NCBI GenBank assembly: GCA_963514005.1
Contig: OY740785.1
Location: 20,708,001-20,772,000 of the forward strand
Length of the DNA stretch: 64,000 nucleotides
Direction of reading: 5' to 3'
DNA from: Raja brachyura
Taxonomy: Eukaryota
A program made the position numbers and the translations under genes. This document shows, one piece after another, positions 37,800-51,135 of the stretch. The first letter of the stretch is position 1. Each line of letters begins with the position of its first letter. The notes under the pieces are model-generated. The model had not been told where the DNA came from. It did not search any database and was given only the letters and a program-made list of their open reading frames with translations.

Positions 37800-38660
37800 C
37801 ATTAGGTTTGTAATTGTTATGTACACCGAGGTATCGTGAAAAGCTTTTTTGCATATTATTCCACTCAAATCAGATAATACCATACATGAATATAATCAAG
37901 CCAAATATGTACAATAGGTAGAGCAAAGGGGAAGATACAGAGTGCAGAATATAGTTCTCAGCTGTGTACTGTGACAGTTCCACAGACAAAGTCCAATAAC
38001 TGGAATGAGGTATGTTGGAGAATTGGGACTGAAGCCCAGCTTATGGAAGGACTTCAGAAATCTGTTAACAGAGGGGAAGAAACTCTTCCTGAGTCTGGTG
38101 GTACATACTTTCACCTCCTACCTGATGGATGTGGGGAGTAGGAGCAGTGACTAAATGGGAAAGGTCTTTGATTATTTTGGCAGCTTTCCCGAGGCAGCGT
38201 GTTGTAAATGGAGCCAATGGGAGGGGGGTGGGGGGTGCCTGGTCTCTCTGGTGGACTGGTAAATATGCAAAACTATCTGCAATTTCTTGTGGCCTTGGAC
38301 AGAGGTGTTCCCAAACCAAACTGTGATGCAACCCAACAGTATGCTCTCTAAGGTGCTTTTGTAGAAGTTGGCCAGAGTCGTCGAAGGTATGTCAAACGTG
38401 CTTGGTGTCCTGTGCAAGAAGAGATGCTGGTTTGCTTATATAAGCTGTTGGTTCAATGTAATTGGTCCATGACAGATCATTGGTAATATTTACTCCCAGG
38501 AACATGCAGCACACCACCATTTCTACTTCGGCACCCTTGATGCTGATTGGGGCATGTACTCCACCACGCTTCCTGAAGTGGTAGTAGATAAGTAGAAAAC
38601 TTTGTCTTGCTGAAATTGAGGGAGAAGTTAGTGTCCTGCCAACATGTTACTAATCCAGCG
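37800..38660 (-). mobile_element. Degenerate Rex1/Babar LINE 3' part
   Basis: LANFYKSTLESILLGCITVWFGN; CLGKAAKIIKD; RLRKSFFPSV. Confidence 0.8.
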
Positions 38661-39184
38661 GCAAAGTAAAGCAACGTGCGTTAATGACAACCATCCTGTG
38701 GCTCTGACATCCACAAAATCACCTGGCTGACCGTGACTATCAAATTTTCCTCTCGCTATAGCCCAGTCTTGTCCTACCCTGCTCTGCCTCAGAGAGAAAC
38801 CCAGTGCCAGACCTGTTGCTGCTCTCCTCTGAACAGTCATCCTCCACAACAGTGTCCAAATATTTATACTTGTTTTGGAGGGGAATGGTGACAGGAGATT
38901 CCAGCACTGCCTTCCCTGGTGCTCCCCAAAATTATTTCTACCTTGGATGTGTCAACTTGCTGTAACACTGATCTATGCAGCTCTCAGACTCCCGCTCGTC
39001 CAGCTGCAGTTTCCTTGAGCTGTCAATTAGGAGCTGTGGTTGGATGTACTTCCCACACTGGAAGTTTCCCTGACTTTCCACCTTCTGCAGGCAGACCATG
39101 CGGTGTCCTACTTGCCATCCTGACTCCTCGTAGACTAAAGAAGTGTAACACAAAAAATAAACTTTCCTTTATCTTCCTGTCGCC

Positions 39185-39425
39185 CTAACCATATAACAAT
39201 TACAGCACGGAAACAGGCCATCTCGGCCCTTCAAGTCCGTGCCGAACAACTTTTTTCCCTTAGTCCCACCTGCCTGCACTCATACCATAACCCTCCATAC
39301 CCTTCTCATCCATATGCCTATCCAATTTATTTTTAAATGATACCAACGAACCTGCCGCCACCACTTCCACTGGAAGCTCATTCCACACCACTACCACTCT
39401 CTGAGTAAAGAAGTTCCCCTTCATG
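39185..39425 (-). mobile_element. CR1 3' terminal fragment
   Basis: ACAGCACGGAAACAGGCC...CGGCCC terminal motif shared with other CR1 ends. Confidence 0.75.
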
Positions 39426-39486
39426 GGTTACACAAAAAGCTGGAGAAACTCAGCGGGTGCAGCAGCATCTAAGGAGCGAAGGAGAT

Positions 39487-39523
39487 AGGCGACGTTTCGG
39501 GTCGAGACGCTTCTTCAGACTGG
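39487..39523 (-). ncRNA. Putative minimal hammerhead ribozyme in a Penelope terminal module (39428-39740)
   Basis: Minus strand AGU CUGAAGA A GCGU-CUCG-ACCC GAAA CG UC GCC; core intact with a GUC site, one stem II mismatch. Confidence 0.55.
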
Positions 39524-40639
39524 TCAGGGATCAGGGAAACTAGAGATATAAACAGTGATGTGGAGAGATAAAGAACAATGAGTGAAAGATATGCAAAAAA
39601 GTATTGGTGATAAAATGAGAAGCTAATGCGGCTGGGGGGGGGGATGGAGAAGGAATGTCAGGGCCCGAGGGCTGAGGGAGAGGTGGGGTGGGGAGGAGGC
39701 AGTCTGGGTTAACAGAATTGTGAAAATTCAATGTTTAAGCCCAGAGGAAAATTCAATGTTTACCCTCTGCTCAGCCTCGAGGAAAAGCCTCAACAATTGG
39801 TCTCAAACACGGCATTAACACTTCATATGGCCACTCTGCTAGTGTCTGCCTTCATTTTGATACTCAGAGCAGCCATTCCGGTTCATTAACAGCTGTTTTT
39901 AATCTCCTGCACTGTTCGTCCTCTCAGCTGTTTACTTGACAGTGAAACTCATGACCCTAGTTGTGACCTGTATTTGCCCACACTGTTGTATGTAATATAA
40001 CACTGATTATAAATTATTTTCCCACCTCTGTTTTCATAACCTTGGGCTTTGCAGCTCATGCAGCACTCTTTTGAAGGGCAGTTCGGTGCAGTAATTAGGA
40101 ACAAAATCAACAATTTGCAAATTGGTGGTGATGATGGTAAAGGCACCTGCTTCGGAGCATTGGGTGGGAATCCGTCTTCGCCATCAGCCGTCCAATATGT
40201 TTGAAATACTGTCATTGGAATTTTCTATGCAGACAGGCCTTAATGACTTGCTTCAAAGATGGCACCTCCAGTTACTTGGTGCTGCTTCTTGGTACTGCTT
40301 TAGACTTTCTGTCTAGATTTGAATTTAGCAAACTTTTGACTGAAAGTATGAATCTTCCCATTTTGTTATGAATGCCAAATGGTGTAGATATTAGTCAAGA
40401 GGAAAGATATGGTATGTCCTCATCTTGATCTCAAGGTCACCACTACATACCTTGTTTTCTTCACTTTGAATAAATGTTAAATCAGAGTGGGGAATAGTTA
40501 CATTTGTTCACAAACTGGAAGGTGAGGTGACAAAAGAAGCAAAATAAATAAAATTATATCTGCAGCAGAAGTGATAAAATGATTATGTACTTTACTCATC
40601 AAAATAATTTTAGAAAAATGTATATATAAAGTTATTGGG

Positions 40640-41740
40640 GAAAATAAACCTGATGGACAGGATTTATGATTACTTGGAAAGCAGGAACTAATCAGACAGC
40701 CACTGTGACTTTGTGACTAGTTTCCCAGATCCTGTCTGATTGTGATTTAATTTTTTGAAGAGGTGGTATTGATGAGGCCAGTGCGGTGAATGTGGTTTAC
40801 ATGAACTTAAGTTGTTGTTAGTCACTAGATCTCAAGTAAGACCATGAATTCTAGATTGTAGTGATTGTGAAGGTTGCTGATTAGACCAATTTTGACGAGA
40901 GTAATCCTCACAGAGGTGAAGAGATGCTGATTTTTCAAATACTCTTTTCCTCTTTGATTTAACAAGTTAGACAAAAGTGTGGTTAAAAAGCTGCAGTTTT
41001 GCCTGTGGTATTTCTCTGGGAGCTGTCTTGCTGCGAAGATCATGTCTGCCATTCAACCAATATAATTGATGGGACAGTAGTAATTTCTGTCAGGAATTAC
41101 TCCCTCAACCTTATCCTCGCCTGATCCAAGTTGGAAAATTGGATCCAACGTTGGCTTGGCAGTAGGAGACGGAGCCTAATGATGGTTCTTTTTGTGATTT
41201 GGATGATCATGCCTAGTGTTCCACAAGGATCGGAACTGGGAACCTTGCTATTTGTGATGTACGTCATTGATTTAGATATGGATGGTATGATCAGTAAATT
41301 TACAGAGGGTGCAGTTATTGATGATATGGAGGACAGTCTTAGACAATAGGATTATGTTGATATGGTGGAGGTAATGGCAGATATGGTGGAGGAATGGCAG
41401 ATGGAATTTAATCCAGATAAAGGTGAGGCGATGAATGTTGGGAATATGAATGAGGGTGGTACATTTATTATGGGGTCTGAGGGCTTATTTGGAAACAGGA
41501 TCCTTGGAGTAAAGTGCCAAGATTGCTGAAGCTAGCAGTGCAGGTAGATAATGTGGTTAAGAAGGCGTTGAGACGGTAGAGATACTGGTCTTCATTGGCT
41601 GAATCATTGAATATAAGAGCAGGGAGGTTCCGCTCTAACATTATAAAACATTGATCAAACCACAGCTGGAGTTCCGCGTCTGCTCACCACTCATTCGGAA
41701 AGAAGTGATAGAGCTGGAGAGGGCACAGAGGAGACTCGCT
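40640..41740 (+). mobile_element. Degenerate CR1 RT region containing an antisense RTE fragment (about 40985-41110)
   Basis: CR1: VPQGSELGTLLFVMYV; RTE-type ADMIFAARQLPEK on the minus strand. Confidence 0.7.
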
Positions 41741-44034
41741 AATAGTAAAATAAATCAAACTGTTGGGGGGATACTATAGATAAAGCTGTGTCTACGGAGG
41801 GAAATGGACAGACGACATTTCGGATTTGGACCCTTCTTACAATGGAGTACAGGGGAGATACCTGGTCGAAAGGGCTGGGCAAGACCATCAGGTGAGAAGT
41901 GGGTACAGGTGAGGAGGGGTTGGTTAACAGATAAGGCAGTTGGGGAGATGGGTAGAAATGTTACCAAAGCTTCAAGCTGGATTGATAAGTGTAGAAGACA
42001 AAAGGATGAAGATTGTCGAATCTGATAAGGAAGGGAAATGGGGAATTAAATAAAAAAACAGACGGGGATGGGGTAAAGGAAAATGGGGGAGCCAGAGAAA
42101 GGAGGGGTACATGATAAGCTGATTGAGGAGGAGAAAGGAATTGGTTGCTACTGGCAGGGTTGGTCAAAGGAAAGGTGGTGGTGGGTTTGGAGAAACTCTT
42201 TCTATGAGAAGTGGGGATTAGGTGGGAGTGGTTGGTGTTTACCTGTAAATGGAGATTCGCCAGGATGTTTAGGCAGATAAAATTTAGTGGTAGAAAGAGG
42301 TCTGGAAAATAATGTAGAAATTAGGAGCTGTAAATGCTGGTTTACACAAGAGGACACATGGTGGTGGAGTAAGTTAGCAGGTCAGGCTGCAGCTCTGGAG
42401 AACATAGTTGATACATTGGGTCCGGGGTCCTTCTTCGGGTTGAGAAATATTGATAGACTGAAGTTTATTTCTGAACACCAGAGAGATATGGGAGGATGTA
42501 GATTTAGGGTAGGGGAATACGATTAGAAGGAAAATTAGGTCTTTCACTCGGTAGTGATCCTGGAATACACTATCCGAGAGTGGTTGTAGCAGTCGCTTAC
42601 AGCATTTAAGATGTATCTAGACAAGCAGTTGAATCACTCGGGTTTAGAGCTATGGGCTAGCGTTGAAAATGGGATTCATGTCGATATAGTGGGCCAAATG
42701 GCCTATTGCCATGCCGTATAACTTTGACTTTTTTGACATTATACCTTTTATAATGGTGCACAAAGGAACGTGAAGTAAAAATTATAATGTCTTATAATTC
42801 TTGACAATGACTTTCGCAAGCATAAAATATTTTTTTATTAGGGGAAGAAGCATTTCGGCATGGAACTGAAAAATCAATAACCTAGCAAGCAACAGAAGCT
42901 AAAGTGTCCGCAGGAAGGCTGAGTGCTTTTCATGTAAAATATGCAAAACTGAAAGGTACATATGGTCCATTCAAAGAAGTATTTTGGTTTAGATATCTTA
43001 CTGAATTGTATACTCTTGTTGTTCCCTCTGGCGTAATTTCATCTGCCATTGAGCAGTACTTCACTGCTTTCACTGATACCTCCAGCAGAAATATGTGGAA
43101 ATACTTGCAGATCATGCAGAATCTTGTGGAGAGAGAAGTAGATTGAGGTTCCAGATCATTGATCTTTTTCATCAGAATTGGAAGGTTAGAAACGTAACAC
43201 ATTTTAAGCAAGTGGTGAATTGAGGAAAGGTGGGAGGGGAGAAAGATGAATGAGTTTGTGATATGATGGAAGGAGGAAGAGACCTGATAGGATGATGATC
43301 TTGTGTTATACGATGGAAAATAATTGGACCACTGAAGGAAAGAAGCAATTTAACTTGGTCTGCAATAAATGAGCTAACCACAAGCAGTGAGCAGAATTAA
43401 TGTCTTCTACCCATTGTATATTAGATTGCTGAGGTAGAAAATATATCACTATTAATTGGACTTACTAAGAGGTGTAATTTGAAATTCTTAAGCTGCTCAT
43501 GATGTCAATTGAGCATTTTATGGTCTCCTCTTGGTCAAAGCTTTGTCCTTCGTACTCGATAGAAATCCTCCCCAGTAATCGTCATGTCTGAGTGTGGTAG
43601 CATTTCCCAAGACTTAAAATAAATGCATATTACCCGCAACTATAAGTGTGTAGGTCTGATACCAAATAATATAAATAGGCTACATAGAGCTAAAGTTAGA
43701 CTGGTGGAATTTGTGAACTTCTAAAGAGGATCAACTATAAACTTGTTATATCTGAAAATAGATAAAGCAACATTCCTTTACCAGCCTTGCTCACAATTCT
43801 GCGTTGATTTTTGATGTTGTAGCTTTAAAATATTAGATGTGCTGGGGAACTTCAGCCGTTTTGTTTTGTTGTCCAGATTCCAGCAACAGCGGTGGCTTAC
43901 GCAAGTTCAGTTTTCAGAGAGGTCATTGATCTGGAACATGAATTCTTTTCTCTCCTCGTGTGTGGATGACCGGTTGATTATTTACAGCATTGCCACATAT
44001 TACTTATCACTGTGCATATTTCCAAAGATCTCTC

Positions 44035-44630
44035 CTGGTCCCAGCACACTGATGCAATTATAAAGAAAGCACATCAGCGTCTCTAGTCCCTGAGAAGATT
44101 ACGGAGAGTCGGTATGTCAAGGAGGACTCACTCGAACTTCTACAGGTGCACAGTAGAGAGCATGCTGACCGGTTGCATCGTGGAACCGGTCAGCATGATT
44201 CGTGCAAGAAGGAACGGTTCATGCAAGAAGGAATGGAAAAGGCTGCAGAAAATTGTAAACACTGCCCAGGCCATCACCGGCTCTGACCTCCCTGCCATCG
44301 AGGGGATCTATCGCAGTCGCTGCCTCAAAAACGCTGCCAACATCATCAAGGACCCACACCATCCTGGCCACACACTCATCTCTCCGCTGCCATCAGGCAG
44401 AAGGTACAGGAGCCTGAAATCTGCAACATCCAGGTTCAGGAACAGCTTCTTCCCCACAGCCATCAAACTATTAAACACAACTTCAAACAAACTCTGAACT
44501 ATAACAGCCTGTTGCACTTTATCTATTCATTTATGTGTATTTATGCCTACAATATTCTGTTGTGCTGCCGCAAGCAAGAATCTCATTGTCCTATCTGGGA
44601 CACATGACAATAAACTCTCTTGACTTGACT
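44035..44630 (+). mobile_element. Rex1/Babar LINE 3' end
   Basis: NFYRCTVESMLTGCI...SRFRNSFFPTAIKLLN; tail ACAATAAACTCTCTTGACTTGACTTG. Confidence 0.9.
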
Positions 44631-44659
44631 TGGCTCCACCTCTCCCAGACAACCCAGAT

Positions 44660-45235
44660 GATAGAAACATAGAAACAGAGACAATAGGTGCAGGAGGAGG
44701 CCATTTGGCCCTTCGAGCCTGCACCGCCATTCATTGTGATCATGGCTGATCATCCACAATTAGTAACCCGTGCCTGCCTTCTCCCCATATCCCTTGATTC
44801 CACTAGCCCCTAGATCTCTCTCTAACTCCCTTTTAAATTCATTCAGTCTTCTTCTTTCGTGTTCATGATCTATGTTTCAAATGTTCGGCCAGTCTCTTGC
44901 ACAGTGGACAGCCTTCTTGTTTCCCACTGCTAAATCTTCCAGGCAGCATTGTTCACCAAGAAGTGGGCACCTTATTAGGTATGGCATGGATTGTACAGAT
45001 GTTCCACATTCACATTCTGCGTCTGACACATCTGCAAAGCCCCATTTGCTCATGTTGGTATTCATCAGTGAATTGGCCTCCACTGCCTTCTGTAGCAGAG
45101 AATTTCACAAATTCACAAACCTGCGTGAAAACGTTTTTTCTCATCTCAGCATTAAATGGCCTCCCCTTTATTCTTAGACTGTGGCCCCTGGTTCGGAACT
45201 CCCCCAACATTGGGAACAGTTTTCCTGCATCTAGC
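44660..45235 (-). mobile_element. Young CR1 3' end hosting a nested LINE fragment
   Basis: ATAGAAACATAGAAAC tail; sequence resumes at 45060. Confidence 0.85.
44848..45059 (-). mobile_element. Vingi/Ingi-like LINE 3' end
   Basis: KWGF...CECG...QSMPYLIRCP zinc-knuckle-like C-terminus; short 3' UTR ending ACACGAAAGAAGAAG; flanks ATTCATTCAGT and ATTCATCAGT. Confidence 0.65.
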
Positions 45236-46004
45236 TTTTAATATAATTGTGGAGAGCTTTGTGTTAACCTTGGTATCATCTGTAAGTATTTCCTAATTTT
45301 CCTTTAATGTCACTGTGACTTTTTTCTTATCCTATTTTGTTCATATCATATCTCAGTCTCTTAGATGTTCGACTATCCTTTCAAAGGGTCTTTTCATTGG
45401 TTTTACATTCTCTCTCATTTTTGGTTGATTATGGCTATTTTATTTGGTTAATAGAGCTCTTTTCCTAGAGTGGAAAATATTGGTTCTGTATTAAATGAAA
45501 TTCCTTTTTGATTGCCTCCTATGATTCATCTGTAGTTTAATCCTATAACTGATTTTGTCAGTTTTCTGGTGCATGCAATTGTTAGATTTCTTCTCTTCTA
45601 CTCATATTTTTGCATTTTCATGCAACATTTTGAACTTTTGATCAGTTTTGGATGAGTTACTACTGTAAATCTGGTGCACTACCCATTACTACAACTAATA
45701 GGATCTGCTTTCTTGTTGCCCCCAGAATATGTTGCTCTCATATAATGTCTTGAAGGCACTAAGGATATTCACTACCTTTTGACTTGAGTTATTCCATTCT
45801 TTCCAATTTAAATGAAAATTCATGCCTTTGAATAAAATAAGTTTGCTTTTGCTTCAAGCATTATGATCTTTGAATTAATAAATGTTGTCTCTTTATTGGC
45901 ACCAACAGGAACTCTGCAGCGAACTCCCATTAAGATTTTATGCCCACTCTTATCCTGTTCGCTTCTGGCTGCTAGAGTTTAATTTTCAGCAGATGATATG
46001 CAAT

Positions 46005-46490
46005 ACAACTGCTCTACATCGGTGAGACCAAGCGCAGGCTTGGCGATCACTTTGCCCAACACCTCCACACAGTTCGCATTAACCAACATGATCTCCCGGT
46101 GGCTCAGCACTTCAATTCACCCTCCCATTGCGAATCTGACCTTTCTCTCCTGGGCCTCCTCCATGCCCAGAGTGAGTCCCACCACAAATTGGAGGAGCAG
46201 CACCTCATATTTCGCTTGGGTAGTTTACACTCTAGCGGTATGAACATCGACTTCTCCAATTGCAGGTACTCCTTGCTTTCTTCCTCCTTTCCCAGCTCTC
46301 CCACAGCCTACTGTCACTGCCTCTTCCTTTCTTCTTCACGCCCCCCCACCCCCACATCAGTCTGAAGAAGGGTCACCACCCGAATCGTCACCTATTCCAT
46401 CGCTCCATAGATGCTGCCTCGCCCGCTGAGTTTCTCCAGCATTTTTGTCTACCTTCAATTTTTCCAACATCTGCAGATTCTTGTTAAACA
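46005..46490 (+). mobile_element. Penelope-like element 3' end (GIY-YIG C-terminus, pyrimidine tract, hammerhead-like motif, tail)
   Basis: LLYIGETKRRLGD, AQHFNSPSH, KLEEQHLIFRLG; CTGAAGAAGGGTCACCACCCGAATCGTC at 46362-46389. Confidence 0.9.
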
Positions 46491-48789
46491 GGAGCTACAA
46501 TGTAATCACTGGCAAAGAGTTTCATAGGTAATTTGTCCTTTTTATGATCACATCTAATGCTTTCATCAGGAGTCATCAAGTTTTAGGGTTGGACAACTTC
46601 ACAGCCCACTCCTTTAATAATATCTGATAGTTATGGCGAAGCAGAATATTTGAATGAATAATCCTATGAATTAATGGGTACAATTCTAAAGAATTGTATG
46701 AATATACTATTACCTAATAACTGACAATTCCTTTGTAGTTTTGGCTTGAGGGTGGCTGATCTAAGATAGTGAATTCTATTAAAAATCATGGACTTACACC
46801 AAGGGCAAATTATCCAGTGAGTTAAAGTGATGGAAACCAAAAAAGATAATAATAATAGCTTACCGCAAAATATTTTTTACCAGTTTCTTATTGATTCTTT
46901 TTCTGCCTCCTTAGTTTCTCCTTCCTTTTGGCGAGAAATGGAAATGATTAAATTCAGCATGCCCAAGATGCAAGAATTGAAGTAGCATAGAAATTGTAGA
47001 TTGTAGATTGTTGGATTGAGGAAATTACTGAGGGTAAAACAAGGATAGGATGTAAAAGGAAAGATCTGGGCAAAGAAGTAGTACATATATGACCAGTGTT
47101 TGAAATGGAAATTGAAGTAATTGAAGCAAATGATTGTAATTGAAGCCTGGACAGCAAAACGCATGAATGAGCCTTGAAATTTGAAGGATCATGCTTGACT
47201 GTCATGATATTGATGGATTGTGACATGAAGAAAGTATGAAGATATACAAATAATTTTTTTTTTTTTAACTTGTAAGATATTGGAAACAAAAGCCTAAATG
47301 CTTAAATCATTCAGCAGGTCAGGCAGCATTTGTGGGAAGAGAAACAGCCAAGGACACTATTAGTTTCTGTAAAACTAATTGTTTTTCTTTCCACATATGC
47401 TGCTCGACTTGCTGAGTGTTTTATGCATTTTCTAAAAATGTTCAAATACCTTTCGGAACATGTTGTGATTTAGAACTCTCATAATATTCACCATTTTGAA
47501 ATATTAACGGTCCTCCCTTCCCCTCCCCTGCCAAAGTAGTGCGTTATGAGGTACTTTGACCGGTCAGCCTGGTTTGTTTCTGCTGCCTAAGTAGATGAGG
47601 CCTAATTTTAATAATTAAACTTGAAAATGTGAATGGTAATACTCTTTTTCAGTGTTTCAGTGAATGTGTAAATTTAGTTTACTTCCAATTTGAGATGCAC
47701 AGATTTAAACACCTGAACCTTTTGACTGGTAATAATGTTATTGCTGAGACAGCAGGAACTGGTTATCATGTATTAATGACGGGTATTGCACTGAGGTAGG
47801 AAGTTTTGAAGTGTTTAATCCATCTGGCAGACAGTTGTAAAATGGTGGGGGGGGGGGGTGGAAAGAAAGGGACACTAAGATTGCTACGGAGTTCAAAGAC
47901 GATGAGTCAATTCAGAACACGTGACAAATGTTTCTTTTCGATTTAAGGTTGTTGGAACCAGGCCAAGATACAAAATCTTTAGAATTATGGGGTTAAGTGG
48001 TTATGTTAATGGTATAGAGACTAGACTTCTGTGACTATTGATCTGGAAACCCAAGTTTGAATCCCACCATGACAGCTGGGGAATATAAGCTGAAGTAATT
48101 AATTCAGGAATTTAAAAAAAGAAACCGATCTTGGTAACAGTAACCATGAAGCTGACAGATCATTGTAAAAAAACAATTTGATTTGCTAATGTGCTGCAGA
48201 GAAGGAAATCTGTCATCTTCACCCAATCTGGCTTCTGCGTAGGGAATTTCTTTGCACCCTAGGGTATATGACAATAAATTAATCTGAATCTGGGTCTCAT
48301 GATCCACTAAAGTGGTTGCCTCCTCAGTTCAGTGGTGATTTAGATAATAAATGTTGATATTACCAGAAACATCCTGTGAATGAATATGAAAAGACAAATG
48401 ACTAACTCCGGGAATTCCAATAATAGAATGCCAAATGAATATTTTTTTAAATGATGGACTTTAAGCAATTTTATGTGTAAAAATTCATGGTGTTTCAATA
48501 AAATGGCAAAACTGGATGTTTATACATATAAAAAACAGCATCGGGGAAAGTGTTGGTCGGGGAAGCTGTTGTAACAATGCAATGATACAGAAAGCAATAA
48601 ATCAAATTTTATGCTAGATTGCAGTGATGGATAATTTTAATAATATGGGTAATGATGCATAATTTAGGAAGCCACATTATGAGTTTACATTAATTGAGCT
48701 AATGGAACGGTTGTTTCCAGGACGGCACAAAGCATTGTAAAGTTAAACATGGTTGCAGCTACTCAAAATTGGATGAATGAAACAATATT

Positions 48790-49420
48790 AAAGTAGTCAT
48801 ACAGCACGGAAACGGGCCCTTTGGCCAATTTGTCCATGCTGACCAAGATGCCCCATCTAAGCAAGTCTCATTTGACCCCATTTGGCAAATATTCTAAACC
48901 TTTCCTTCCCATGTACCTGTACAAATGTATTTTATTGTTTCTGTGCCCGCTTCAACTATCTCCTCTGGCAACGTGTCCACGTACCCACTACCCTCAGTGT
49001 GAGACCCTTGGGTCCCTCTCACTTTAAACCTATGCCCTTGATTTTCCACGCTCTTGGGGGGGGGGGGGGGGAGGGAAGGAGGAGGGAGACTGTGCATTCA
49101 CCCTATCTATTCTTCTCAAGATGTTATACATCTCCATATAATATCGCCCTTCAGCATCCTGTGCTCCAAGGAATAAAGTCCTAGCCTCCACAACCTCTCC
49201 CTATACCTCAGGCCCTCGCATTCTGGCATTCTTAGAAAGCTTTTCTGCCCTCTTTCCAGCTTAATAACATTTCCCTCGCCTGGCCTGGGTGACCAAAACT
49301 AAGCATAATATTCATAACACAGCCTCACCATTATCTTGCAAAACTGCTATAACATCCCAATGAATATGCGGTGTCCTTGCTGATGAAGGTGAGCATGCCT
49401 TCGTCACCCTATCCAGCCGT
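48790..49420 (-). mobile_element. CR1 3' end
   Basis: Homologous to 6573-7015. Confidence 0.8.
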
Positions 49421-50359
49421 GACCACTTAAAATTGTCAATAAAGAGCAAAACGTAAACTGCTAGAAGAATTCAGTGGTCAAGCAGCATTTGTGGAGACAA
49501 AGGGGTGGTTAAGGTTTTGAGTCTAGATCCTGCATCTGAACTTGATTTGTAATTTTGTGTGACAAATATAGCCTATTGGCAGTGTGCTGGTTAAATTGAA
49601 CACAAATTCCAGTTTTACTCATTTGAAGTTTAACTCAATAGGCAGATATGCATATATGCAGACATACATGTACTCAGACATGCATGTGAAGGCAAATCTG
49701 GAAGCAGTATTGAGTGCCTTCAATAAGAATCTGATAGGGAATTTGCAGTTTGGGCTTTTGTAGTCATGGCTGCCAATGGTGGAACAAATATATTGTAGGT
49801 CAGAAGTGGAAGAGTGCAGATATCTAAGGTTTCAAAGGATGGCAACGACTCCAGAGATAGGGAGAGGGATTGCTGAATCTTAAAATGTTGGTGTTATTTA
49901 ACTGTAAGCCTCTATCAGTTCATAACAGAATGACTGGAGTTGGTGAGGGTTGGGGCAGGAAGAAAGGTACCGGATGATCAAGTTCATGGAGAGTAGAATG
50001 GTGGAGGCTAACCCCCAGGGTTGTTAGATTAGACAAGTCAAGAGGTATTAAAACATAGATGACGTTAAAGTCGAATCTGAGCTGAGGCCGAGACTGGCAA
50101 AAGTCATGGAGGTTTGAAAGGTGATCTTGCAAACAAAGGTGAGAATAATAGTTGAGAAAAAGACTATACAGCAGGGATAGAAGCCTATTACTTTTCTGCC
50201 GTTGGGAAAATTATTTGCTCACCCAGAAAGGCTTGTCAAACAGTCTAGCAGCTTAGACACTAAATATATTAGATAGACTGGTTGTCATTCTTATGCATTT
50301 TGTACAAGAACCACCAGATTGGTTAAAGCAAAATGTTAGTCATTAATGTTGTTAGTGAC

Positions 50360-51135
50360 GTCGTCCTGTACGGTGTAGCTGCCCAGCCTGCAGCTGTATG
50401 TCTTTCCCCCTTTTCTTTTTTTTAGTGTGTTAAAGTGTTTTGTTTTGGAGCCTATTCTTTTTTATGTGGGGGGGAGGGGGGGGGAAAGGGGGAAACTGCT
50501 TTTCCTGGTCCCTACCTGGTCGGAGAGGCAGCTTTTCTCCGGGCTGCAACTTCGACCCGTCCTCGCGGCCTACCAGTGGGCCTGGAGCGGCGTTTCCTGA
50601 GGGGCCGCCCAGAACCTCAGCTTCGGCAGCGGCGAGGCACTGGAGCGCCATTGCGGGACGGAGCGGGCGATGCCTTGCCTGGGTCGCCGCGCTGGAACTC
50701 CGGTGAGCCGAGACCGCCCGAGACAAACATCGCGGAGCCGCGGGTCTGTGGAGCGGCCGGCTGCGGCGCTGAACCTTAACATCGGGAGCCGGTGGGGGAG
50801 CTCCCGTAAGGAAGTGGCCGTTCCGGGTGTCCCAAGCCGCTGAGAGGATTCTCCCGACGCCGGAGCACCAACACCCGGCGAGAACGGTCTGGAACATCAG
50901 GCCTCCGTGAAGGCGACTGCGGAGGCCTCAATAGGCCCGACTATGGGTGGACATGGGTCAGGGACTGGACATTGTGCCTTCCCTCATAATGGGAACCATT
51001 GTGGGGGGGTGTTTTTCTGTTTAAATCTCTTTATTAGTGTTGTGTCTGTATTCTTTATTTTATGTGCTGCATGGCAAGAAGCATTTCACTACACCAATTG
51101 GTGTATGTGACAAATAAACTAACCTTGAACCTTGA
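50360..51135 (+). mobile_element. CpG-rich non-coding SINE-like retroposon with Rex1-type tail
   Basis: Colinear with the reverse complement of 53700-54540; ends CATTTCACT...GTGACAAATAAA then (AACCTTG)2. Confidence 0.7.

Noticed and set aside
50430-50897. CpG island promoter or GC-rich ORFs
   Set aside because: Sequence is an interspersed repeat with homologues at 1660-2090 and 53700-54540
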